From NCBI RefSeq assembly GCF_001194135.2, contig NC_068988.1, forward strand, positions 36,530,383 to 36,580,482: a DNA stretch of 50,100 nt. The letters are read 5' to 3'. A model generated the notes under the pieces. The model searched no databases. It was given only the letters and a program-made list of their open reading frames with translations, and was not told the DNA's origin. Below are positions 1-11,539 of this stretch, in pieces; position 1 is the stretch's first letter; the number at the start of each line of letters is the position of its first letter. Position numbers and translations under genes: made by a program. This DNA is from Octopus bimaculoides (taxonomy: Eukaryota).

Positions 1-47
<47 letters not shown>
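1..47. repeat. (AAT)n microsatellite, left flank of the R4/Dong fragment
   Basis: Pure AAT repeats read directly; the same repeat resumes at ~297-330. Confidence 0.95.
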
Positions 48-49
<2 letters not shown>

Positions 50-296
50 GAAACAATTCCTATCATAGTAAGTGCCTTAGGTATAATAAAAAAAATATTC
101 AGACAAATACATAACAAAAACACCAGGACTTACAAATATATATAACATACAGAAAATTGCACTACTGGGTACTGCACACATTCTACGCAAAACACTTTCA
201 ATACAGTAAACATAAGAGCACCACAGTACATACCCAAGGCGCACAGAGCTGCGCTCGGTAGTGAAGTGAAAGCACGTTATAAAAATAAAACTACTG
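48..296 (+). mobile_element. 5'-truncated 3' end of an R4/Dong-clade non-LTR retrotransposon (C-terminus after the RLE domain, plus 3' UTR)
   Basis: With one frameshift in the A-run at 88-95 it translates as ETIPIIVSALGIIKK/YSDKYITKTPGLTNIYNIQKIALLGTAHILRKTLSIQ* (TAA 207-209). This matches the IP.(V/I).GALG...LQK.ALLGTA.ILRK.L terminus of RLE-type elements. Flanked on both sides by (TAA)n. Confidence 0.85.
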
Positions 297-297
297 A

Positions 298-332
<35 letters not shown>

Positions 333-619
333 TTTTATTTGCTATAATTTTGAATTATACTATGAATTATATTAAGAACCTCACATTTAAGCTTTTTTCT
401 AATTCACCGTAAAATATGTTTACATTCCCCGGGTCTCATTTTGTGTATGTCCCTAATTTAGATTGTTCCTAGTTTCTCATTAGCTCTTCACCTGTAAATT
501 AATTGTACTATATGAACCAAAACTTTAACTATATTCTAACTCACTGGAAATAATACATATTTATTTCTACTTGTTTCGCTTTTGGTATTACCTAATTTAG
601 ATTATTCCCAGCTATTGTG

Positions 620-668
<49 letters not shown>

Positions 669-699
669 CAGCTGCACAAAGACATAGAATGTAATTAAA

Positions 700-1550
700 T
701 TAAAACAGATGGGCACATTAGTATAATTTTACCTAAAATCTCCAAGAAGTTAAGGAGATAGTCGAAGAACATTCTGACTTCACTTCCACTTAGAAGCTAC
801 TAAAGTATCAGGAAGAAAGACTTGTTACAGATTTTGCTTGTCATTCTTTTATGGGGTCAGTTTTAATTTATAGACTTGTTTTATCAAATCCTTGTATATC
901 TAAGGCCGAGAGAACAGGGGCAGTGTCTGTTAGGGGTATGTCTGAGGGAATCAAAAATCAATATTTATATGAAGCAATATCATGGGATTTGGTAAAGGAA
1001 AACTTAAATCAATATGTTAGCTGACAATTAAGGGTGCTGGCCACTAGCAGTCCATTGACAATGAAATAGGGGAAATCTTATCATGTAGTACTATAGTTAA
1101 TATTTTAAGCGATATTGCTATATTGTATAAAGTTAAAGTTTAGAGTTATTCAAAGGATTATCAAGAAGAATAATTATAACAAAATCATAAAATGTTTTAA
1201 GAATACTTTTGAGTATATATCAAACTTTTACCACAATAGAGGGAGCAAAAGAAATTATCCAGAAATAGTTTAATATTTATACATATTATAAACTTAAATA
1301 CTCACTTATCATATAGTGTAGTGAATATTGATCAATTGGTATCTACTAGTATTTAATAAAGGTGTATAACTATATATTAATTTAATTATAATCTAAGCAG
1401 TTTATTTTAAATAGTGAATACACCAGTATTGTTCTATATAAATCAATTTCTTAAAGTGCTCTTGCCTCCTGATCTAATTAGATTTATTTTAGTTTACAAT
1501 GGATTTTATAAATCTAATTAGATTTATTTTAGTTCACAATACTTAAATTA
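700..1550 (+). mobile_element. Possible heavily decayed Penelope-like element body (GIY-YIG-like remnant)
   Basis: Stop-riddled frames give LYKVKV...FKNTF...YLYIL*T*ILTYHIV**IL...NKG, which loosely parallels the GIY-YIG C-terminal half at 35707-36186. The segment ~445-520 also resembles the 3' UTR of that element (atgtccctaatttagattgttcc vs atgtcccgaattagggataactcc). Weak. Confidence 0.35.
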
Positions 1551-1765
1551 TTATAAATTATATATAATTCTTCTCTATTGAAGTTAATTAGGTATATATA
1601 CTTTGTAATGTTTTTAGTGATTAGGCTATCTTGATTCCTTTTCTATGGCGCACTACCCTACCTGATCATATTTTATTATTTTATAATAGCCTTTAATAAA
1701 TCTAATCATTGTACCCCTCTTAAATCAGATATATATACACTTATATAAATATATGTATGCATACG

Positions 1766-1819
<54 letters not shown>

Positions 1820-2004
1820 CATATATNNNNNNNNNNNNNNNNNNTATATATATGAATATATATACGTACCTACATACATATATATATATATATATATAAA
1901 GAGAGATAGATAGATATTTGTATATATATATGCACACACACATGCAGATATTTATATATATGCGTGCGTATATGTGTGCGTGTTCAGACATACATGGATA
2001 TCAG

Positions 2005-2050
2005 CCGGAAGTTGATAGTTTGTGCTGTTGTGGCCGTAGAAATGGCGCTG
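2005..2050 (+). promoter_or_regulatory. Candidate core-promoter motif pair: ETS site CCGGAAGT plus YY1-like AAATGGCG
   Basis: CCGGAAGT at 2005-2012 and gaaatggcgc at ~2039-2048, in a locally GC-richer stretch. Motif match only. Confidence 0.3.
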
Positions 2051-4648
2051 TAACAAATAGTTTTGATTTCTCGTTCTAAACTTGGTCGAACTTTTCACTT
2101 ATCCTGTCAGAGTGTTATTCCAAAATTAATGTGAAGCAGTGAAAAAGTGTGTAAGAGAGGGAAACTGACGAATTTATTCCAGGTCCTGTCTTCGACTTTA
2201 TTTACCGATCTCGAGTAGAAAACTTTATGGTATATTATTCAATGATGTAAGGAATCTTTCAATCGACCACTTTATGTGTCTATGTCCCTGCAAGAAAATA
2301 TCCATCTATGTATGTGTGCGTTTGCGTTTATTTGTAGATTTGACTATACTTGAACACAACTGTGTGCCCGTTTCCTTCTTGCGGTCAATTAGTATCAGAC
2401 ATCGTCTATAAATTAGGATCGATAATACAAAATATCAATATTTCGACAATATCGACAAAAGCAATTAGATACTTGAAAAATAGTTTATTTTAAAATGCGC
2501 ATTGAACAAATCACCTAATTATACACATTTTCTATTTCTTCAATGACAACATACAATTTGAATTATTATTAATAATGCTTATAGAATCTGTCAAATATCT
2601 TTTTTGTGAATATAAATTCTCTTGGAATTCTTAATACAATAAATATGCATTCTTTATTTATATTAGTTGTAATATCCTTCATATAAATGAGAATTTCTTG
2701 AGGTTATTTCGGTTTAATCAACGTATTTGCATATACGAGCTTTGATACAGAATGTGCAGGTGATATCCCAGTATTGAAATATATAAAAATTACGTAATTC
2801 AAATGTTGTATATATATGCAAACATGTATGAATTTGTCTTTGTGTACATAGTGTGCGTGCGCATGTATGCGTGCGTGTGTGTGTATGTTCGTGTGTATGA
2901 GTGAACATTTTAAAGTAAATATATAGTTGATTCCCTTGTATTATAAATGACGGACTGCAATACAGAATAGGATCTGTTCCTTTATATTTATTAAATTGGG
3001 TAATAAATTTCGTGTAGGTATTTATTATTCAGTTCTGCTTAATACCTGGAAGGATATATAAAGTGGAATGGCTATCTTCCTTTCCATCTCAGTAAACTTT
3101 ATTCATTTCTACTACACTGTCTGCCATCTCGTATATTCCTGCGGTAAACGGAAAATGCCACACATGTAAAGATACTTAACAGAATAAAATAGGAATAGAT
3201 ATTTCTTTTTATTTTCTAATTTGTTTACAGAGTTAAGATTATTTTGTTTATAATTAGATCTTTTCCCAATTTGCAGCTGACTTGACTCCAATATTTTACA
3301 ATGCTTGTCCTGATATTACACAATGAACCCACCAACTAAAGGTTTTGCAACGAGCAGCATTTAATTTCTTTTTCTCCAATCTACACAATGTGGACTCAAT
3401 TTACTACGAGACTTCCTCCATCTCCTTCGAGAAACACACCTGCAAATATAACAGACATGCATTTAAATATACATTTACCCATGAGCACATGCAGTGACAA
3501 CTATACATAAACACTTCGCATAAACATCTAAGGACATTGAACAAGTATTCACATTAAATTCACGAACAAACATTACAGTTTTCCAGACCCATTTCTGCAA
3601 CATATTTATATACACACATAAATATGTACGTATAAGAAATGAGCACAGGCTTACGCTCGGATGCTTTCAGATGCATAGACACACACACATGACAACTATA
3701 TAAGTATTGCACATTCTCATTGCATGTACCGCGTATGTGTACCGGAAGGCCGGTATTTGACGTGTCAAAGATGACTCACTCGAAGCGTCGGATATTAACA
3801 CACTCGACAGCTATGGGCAGGTGAAAAACTCACCCAAAATCCTATCCAAAAGCGATTGACAAAGCTGTGTCGTTAGTCTTTTTGGCTTATCATCTCCCGG
3901 ATATGAAGAGAAATTCAGGCGAACTGAATAGCTTGTCCAGCTATAAGAATACTGCATCTCACCGGCGCCCCATTCACTGGGACTACATGGATGCCATAGA
4001 AGTTCGGAAAACTGGCCTTTTGAGACATTTCAATTTATTTAGATGCAACATGTGATAAGCTACACGAAATGTTCGTTTGTCTGGCAAGGTGAATTCACCA
4101 TGATTTTTCCCCACACTTTAGAAACTGAACATAACAGCACCCACCTTTTAACAATAAACATTCAGTGTAACTTCGCCTTGGTGCCAGATTTCACGTCTTA
4201 CTGTAGGTTTTAGGAGCTTCATAGTATAAGCCTGTAAGTGAATATTTTAAAAAAAGATTTTTTGTGAGGTTTGTATTGTCTGTTTTATTGTTTCAAAAGA
4301 CGCATACTGCAATTTTACCGACAGTGCCAATAAAATGTCAATCTGAATATTTTTTAAGACTTTACTTTGGCAGTTTCGTNNNNNNNNNNNNNNNNNNNNN
4401 NNNNNNNNNNNNNNNNNNNNNNNNNNNNNNNNNNNNNNNNNNNNNNNNNNNNNNNNNNNNNNNNNNNNNNNNNNNNNNNNNNNNNNNNNNNATATATATA
4501 TATATATATATATATAAATGTATAGGTATGTATATACATACATGTGTGTGCGAGGTGCTAATGCATTTATGTTTTATGCATGTGTGAGAGTGTGCGTATA
4601 CAAATGTATATATTATATATATGCAAGTTTGTAAGAATATATATATAT

Positions 4649-4813
4649 GAACAAGTAGAAAGATAACTTTTATTCAACGCGTGTATACTGAACGACAAAT
4701 TTTTCTGCTGGGTGCCGACAAATTGTTCTGCTTAAAAAAAAATGGACTTTATCCTTTACATGTATATTGTTCAGCATTCACGCGTTGGATAAAATTTATC
4801 TTTCTACTTCTTC
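4649..4813. mobile_element. MITE-like element, ~165 bp with ~45-bp terminal inverted repeats
   Basis: Left arm aagtagaaagataacttttattcaacgcgtgtatactgaac (from 4653) vs reverse complement of right arm aagtagaaagataaattttatccaacgcgtgaatgctgaac (to 4809): about 4 mismatches in 41 nt. Non-coding interior; TA-rich flanks. Confidence 0.8.
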
Positions 4814-4877
4814 TACAATACATTTCAACGCTTCGAAAACAAAATTGATTGTCTACATACCACGTAATATATATATA

Positions 4878-6067
4878 TCAGTTCATTAAGAACGAAATAT
4901 TCGTTTTTCTTATGCTCCATGTGTGACTGTCGTTAAAACTGGAGAGAAGCGATATATCATCGCTTTTCGAAATGCAATTCATGGTGCCTGATTATGCTGT
5001 GAGTTTTCTCTTGTAGATCTTTTTTGGGAACGGATGGATAGCTCAAAAGTTCCCTAATAGAACCAATGCATCCTACATAGCTCGAAACATCAGTGAGGTT
5101 TTTGGTGAAGATGTGACGAATGAGCACACAGTATGTCGATGGCTTGAGAAATTTCTGTCTGGTGATCAAGGTGGATAATAATGAGCTGGAAAATGTAAAG
5201 AAAGCGGATACATCTCAAACTACGCGTGAATTAGTAATTAAGATTTGATGTTTTAATTCCAACAATATTGGGCCATCTGAAACAAATCAGCAAGATAAAG
5301 AAACTGGACAAGTGGGTATCATACAAACTGAACGCTCATGAAATGCCACGTCGTCTTGAAACTTGCTGTTCTTTGCTGTCATGACATTAAATCGAAACAT
5401 TTTTGCATCGTATTGTTACGTGTGAGCAGAAATGGATTTTCGTCAACAATAGCAAGCGTCCTGTACGTTGGGTGGGTAGAAAGGAAGTGCCAAACCACAA
5501 TCCAAAAAAGAATACTCACCAAAAAAGGCAATGGTGTATGTTTGGTGGCCTAGCGCTGGGGTCATCAACTACAGCTTCATGAAACCTGGCAGGTCAATTA
5601 CAGCGAATGTATACATCAACGAAATGGATGAAATGATGAGTGAAGTTGCTATTAAACAACCGGCATTCGTCAATAGTGACAGGCCAATTCTCTTGCAAAA
5701 CAATGCTCGACCACATGTTGCACAGAGAATATTACTCAAGTTACAAGTACTGAACTTGGACGTACCCTGTCGTCCACCATATTCATCAGACCTTGCACCA
5801 ACTGACTGTCATGTTTTTCAGGCATTACACGTTTAGCAAGGAAAAATCTTCAAATCTGAGGAAGATGAAAAAACAGCTTTTCGTGATTTCATCACCTCTT
5901 GCTATCCAGAATTCTTCGCTGCCGGTATAAAGAAGCTACTGATAAAAAAAGGCAAAATAGTGTTAAAAGATTTCGGTGCATATGCTGATTAACTGCATTG
6001 CACTTTGTTGAGATAGAGTAAAATAACTTTCAGTTCAAAATCGGACATTTCATTCTTAATGATCTTA
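4878..6067 (+). mobile_element. Near full-length decayed mariner transposon (DD34D type) with TIRs, inserted in (TA)n
   Basis: TIRs tatcagttcattaagaacgaaatattcg and (reverse complement) tataagatcattaagaatgaaatgtccg, flanked by TA. Translated pieces: ARNISEVFGEDVTNEHTVCRWLEKFLSGD, KVDNNEL..ADTSQTTREL, KKLDKW, RIVTCEQKW, MVYVWW.SAGVINYSFMKPG, LLQNNARPHVAQ, PPYSSDLAPTDCHVFQAL. The first two catalytic Asp are mutated; frameshifts and an internal deletion near 5166. Confidence 0.95.
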
Positions 6068-6180
6068 TATATATATATATATNNNNNNNNNNNNNNNNNN
6101 NNNNNNNNNNNNNNNNNNNNNNNNNNNNNNNNNNNNNNNNNNNNNNNNNNNNNNNNNNNNTATATGTATGTATGTATGTA

Positions 6181-6230
<50 letters not shown>

Positions 6231-7499
6231 CATGTGCTTAAGAAGATAGATAGATAGATAGATATTACACAAATGTCTTCATATATTTTACAGACAAATA
6301 ATCACGCACAAATTCATACGCACCTATGCACAACTACAGACAGAAAGAAAAATAAACAGCTCGAACTAAACAAGAGTAATTGCCAGAAAAATCTTTGTTG
6401 TCATTTCATTATCGAAGAAAGAAGAATGAACATCAATAGCAAAAATAACTGTTATTAAAAGGATTTCATTTTTTTTCCTCCCTTTGTTAGATAGTGAAAG
6501 CTATATTTCAAAATGTCTATCTTATCATAATGCGTTTTGACAATTGATAGACTTATAACTCGAACCCAGGTTGAAAAGGTTGATAGGTAATATCAAAGAA
6601 AATTTAATGATGTGCAGTGAATGTAAATGACCGGAAGAATATATTTTGAGGAAAATTTTGTATATGTTATTTTGTCTATTAATCACTGAATGTGGAATCT
6701 GACATAGTTGATAGTGTACCATATTAACAGTTTGGAACTCAGTGTTTCTAATTCTTTCATGGTAGAAAGTCTTTATCTGGAAACCACTCGGATATAGGCA
6801 GTTTGCAAATGTGTTGCTCTTGACTGTTTTCGTTGCTGGTTGTTTGTTTGTTTTTTTGTTTTTGCATCGCTACAGATTAGGTTACAGTTTGGAAACTTAC
6901 GATGATGAAATCCTTTAAGTTTGGAGTCATGACTATATCTTGTATTGTTTCAGGAAATACGTTACCGGAGCAAATTTCCCAGCATCTATGGTGTGAAAAC
7001 AAACAATAGCAAATCGTTTAACTTATTTGTTCCAGAAAGACAAGCAACAACCCACAGTTTTTCCATTAGAAAAGTTTGATGTACAATTCACTATAGTAAC
7101 AATATTGCAAGCTGCTATTATATCAGAGAGGTGCTTCAAATCGAAGCCCTATTTGCATATTGTCAGATTGCCTCAGAAAAGAACCATAACTCAGATGTTT
7201 TAGAGGCAAGTCTAGCCAATAAGAGACTCAGGAGTGCACCACAAGTGAAATAGTTAACCGAAATTACCAGTCTCGTTTGGCCTCAATAACTAGCGCGACC
7301 AGAAATAAGCCTAACTGTTGCTTTCTATAACCTACTCTAAAAAGCGTGACTTTGATTCAACTCCTACGTTTTTCATGGTTTAAACTGTGTATGTTAATGT
7401 ATAGAGGGAAGGTAAAGTAATTCATGTCTCTTTCACAAGAGATCGTAAAAGTATTTCGTAAAAAGATTTCTGATTTTGCCACAAAGGCGGCGATTTTCA

Positions 7500-7615
7500 G
7501 GCGAGGTGGCTATTCGATACCGTCGACACCAATAGTGTATTGATACTTTATTTTATCTATTGATGAGGAATGAATGGTAAAGAAAATCTCAGCAGTATTA
7601 GAACTAAATATTGAA
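7500..7615 (-). mobile_element. SINE family A, degenerate partial copy
   Basis: Resembles the reverse complement of the family core (gtcgat..atcgaccccagt..ggtacttattttatcgac..ggatgaaaggcaaagtcgacctcggc..ttgaact). Confidence 0.55.
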
Positions 7616-10600
7616 AGAGCCGGAACAAATAGGATAAAGAGTTTCCTCTGAAACACTAGGAGTTCAGGCATCTCACCGCCAAGTCCTTCTTAAAAAGAAT
7701 ACAGAACACTAAAGTTGTCCTAGAATTGAAGTATCACAGTAATCTTTACTTTAAAAGAAAATAAACGTATTTATCCCATAAAGATTAAGATGAACTATTC
7801 TTGCCAATGATGGAAAGGAAAGAAAAATTATTTTTAAATGGTACGTATTTTTAAACAATTTCATAAACGAAAACCTGTTCACCCATTATGAAAACTCGTT
7901 CAAAGAAGAACTAGATCAGTATTTGAAACGGTTTATATCCTGAACTGAAATCTTTTAACGGAAATTTGTTTTTTATCCTTACATACTGTCTTTAAAATCC
8001 AGTGCTGGTGTAAAGGGGTAAGATCTTTGTAACGAAGCATCAAAGTAACACCATAGAAACAATATTGATGATTCGAAATTCAACGTCTGTGACACAAAAG
8101 TTGTGATCAAATTATCATATTTTTTATTGTAATATAAGTGTATCTTAGCTGTAATATTTCTGATTTTAAATTATTGATCTTCGTTTATGACATGAAAATC
8201 TTTGTTCACTGTTTACCAGATCTAGAACGTATGATCACTTCATAAAAGATGAAAGCAAAAGGAAAGTGTCCCACTTCAGCCGTGATCAACAGCTATGAGG
8301 AACACTGAGTGATATAGAATTTATTGATTTCTTTGAAATTGTATGATTACTAGTGTTTAACGTGCAGAAATATATCAATAAATTACCAGTATATATTAAT
8401 CAGTCCCACGAGTGTGGAAGGTTCATCAATCACAGTGGGATATAAAAGAAAAAAAAATATTATTGAAGTATATATTAATATGATTAATGAACCAAACTCT
8501 TCATTCCATTTGCCGAATACTAAAAGGTGTTGAAGAGATATATAAATAATACAGGGATAATTACTCTATCCATGCCAAGGAACATTACGAGAAAGGACAT
8601 TCCCCACAATGTTATTTGACAGTTATCTGAGGTTGACTGCATCTAGTATATTTAATAGCTATTAGATATTTTCGAGAAAACATTGTAATCTACGGAGAAA
8701 TATCATGAATTCACGAAACATTACGACGACATTAACAACACCTATCAAACGATAAACATATTCTTGGTGTTTCATTTTTTAAGAACATATACTTACAAAT
8801 CAAAATCATAGAAAATATTTTAAAAGTCATGGAATGACATCGAATTGCTTTCGCTTATTTCATGATTTTACTTAGAAAACGAAGGATCGTGCACAAGGCA
8901 TTATACAGCATCCTGAAGGGAGATGCTGTAGATGCTTACGTTTCATGCCCTGTTATTGAAGAAAGCACCGTCAGGAACTCCTGCTGTATATCATCAGACC
9001 AAAGATTTGTTCAGGAATTTCTACTAGAAACACCAGATTGTTGTGTTAGATTATTTACTGGATCTGGTTTACCGTCTGACAAATACTACCGTTCTATTCT
9101 CCACGTGATCCTATGTATAACAAAGTTCATCTATTTCACCGCAAATTTCGAAGGTTATCCTTCTATTTGGGTTGCAGTGACATTGAAATATATATCACTA
9201 TAACACTGAAGTGAGCTGCTTTGAGACATTGTAATACCTCTCTAATCTTCTACAACAGAATATTAATAATTATATTCCACTACTTTCAATCAATATCTTG
9301 AGATGCAGTGCTTTTATTAAAGAATATATTCAAACTATCTTATCTCATGATATGATTATAGACAAATAATTAAGTTATTCTTGATATTCCTAATATTCAA
9401 TATAGAAATATTACTTTCAAGTTTTACTATATCATATAACCTATAGAAGCAGCGTTACTTTATTTAGTTATTTAACGCTATGTAATGTTATCTTATGTTA
9501 CCTCTGACACATCGGATCAGTAATAAGTTTCTTGTCGTGACAAACCTTATGCACTACTTTTTCCAACGAATCCAACGAATTCCATAGTAGGGTTTTATTT
9601 AGCTGATATCGAGATACTAATGAGATATGTTCAATATACAAACTAGAAATTAAGTATAGAGGAGGCAAAGTTGCGATTTCATGTGTACTAATTCAGTATC
9701 AACATAAAACTACCCAGAATACTGAATCGCTTGATGCCGCTTTACCACATTGGGACTATTTCAATTCAGAAAACGAATTTCTAAACTTTTTCATAATCAG
9801 CCTTAATCAAAGAAAGTCAAGATCCCTTCAAATAGTAGATACTTTGTATCCAATGTAACATGTCGTATGTTCTCATTTCTACTGAATTCAAAAATTTTTG
9901 TGTCAAAATAATTATTCTTAGAATCGAATGTTCCATAACTTCGCATCATAAACAATATGCCAAAATAATAGAAAGCTTTCGGGAAATTATTCTATCGAAC
10001 TTAATCTAAGCAAACTAATGCCGTAGCACATTATAGAATGATTAATAAAACAGTTGCTTTTGAGCATGCAGAAAATTATTTGGTAAGATGATATACAGTA
10101 AAATATATATTCCATTAGAATAATTCATATGAAGTCATTTCTAAGAGATAGACAAATTAGAGCAGTGTAAAACAGTGAAGATATTAAATAAATATAACAA
10201 AATGATGTATGGTAACGTAGTAAAAATCTTTGCATATAGTCATTATTTGGAAATTCTTCTTCTAAAAGATACTCAAAGCCTCTTCATGAAGGAAATTTCA
10301 GCTGAAACGGTGAGATTGACCCCATTTCGACTTCATTTTTAAATAGCTTTCCAAATCTAGATTTTTTTTTATCAATGAAATATCGTTCAGCACACTGTCA
10401 TCGCTAAACAACATTCTTTTGGAGAGAGTGATAAACATATGTACATACATAGATGTAATCACACTAATGATACATCAAATACGTAATATGTTAGTTTGTA
10501 TTTATCCGAAGTGGTTGAGCCATGCAAGTGAATCATTTCTGACAGTGAGTATAGACATATCTGAAATAAGGGCTACACATAAGAAAACTTAGAATTATTT

Positions 10601-11539
10601 AGCTATCACATTTGTGAAGCAAACCTAGCGTAGCAAATATAAGCGAGTCGTGTCGTCAAATGCGTATATAATTTGTCAATTTCTTGACATCTCTTTAATA
10701 TAGTTATGGAAATAAGATCCACGGAAATGTAATTTAAATCTTTATTTCCTTAAATTGTCTTCCTTCCTTTAACAATAATGTCTTACTATACATCTAAAGA
10801 CAATGCTGTTCCTGCTTCACGAATATATAACTTGTATTACAACAAAATATAAAATGTTGCTTTTAATGTTATTATTCGTACTGGAAGCATGTGCAGCTTC
10901 TCCCTCATAAGTTTAATCCTTTAATTTGTGCTTTCAAAAGTTGTTAACTGTTTATTTACTTAGAAAACGTTTGTTAAATACACCACCATTTCATAGGTTT
11001 GGTTTTCTGTTTGTATGTGCCTCTTTGGGATCACAAATTCAATGAGATAATGGTCATTTTGTTTACGGATATATAACTTTATAAATAGAGATGGCGACGC
11101 CAGCTTTGGTGTAAGACATGAAGGAGGCAGTAAAAGGTAGGTTTGAAAGTGAAATGCGAGACACCTCAGAGTCTTCCACCTTTTGCCCTCAAATGGAATA
11201 CGGAAGTAAGCTCTCATGACGATCAAAATAAAGTAGGCCACACCACAGGATGAAAACGCAGCAGCAACAACAACAACAACACTGCAAGAAAATTTAATAA
11301 ATATGACAAAAACATCAACTCGTAGCGTCAAAAATAAGACGACCGACAAACCTAATAATCCACCACTACCTCTGCACGAACAAAAATTATGATAGAGGAA
11401 GAAACTAAAAACAACAAAACAACTGTATCCTCGATAACTTACACACCAACAATATTCATGTTGTGAATAAAAATATCAACCAGAACTATAACAATAATAA
11501 TGGATTCACAACTGCAGCGAAAGGCACAAAGTTATATAT

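Noticed and set aside
1472-1540. 40-bp-period tandem duplication (atctaattagatttattttagtt.acaat x2)
   Set aside because: Simple local duplication in AT-rich DNA; only two units and no spacers, so not an array or CRISPR-like structure.
8895-9000. CTGATGA on the minus strand (~8991-8997) near a 9-bp hairpin (tacagcatc/gatgctgta) and a downstream GAAAC
   Set aside because: No helix II closing next to GAAA and no helix I partner; not a hammerhead. ORF 8862-9203 has no recognisable domain.
10960-11349. 129-aa hydrophobic ORF next to the hammerhead element
   Set aside because: Driven by (GTT)n and T-rich low complexity; no family motif, and no evidence it belongs to the element.
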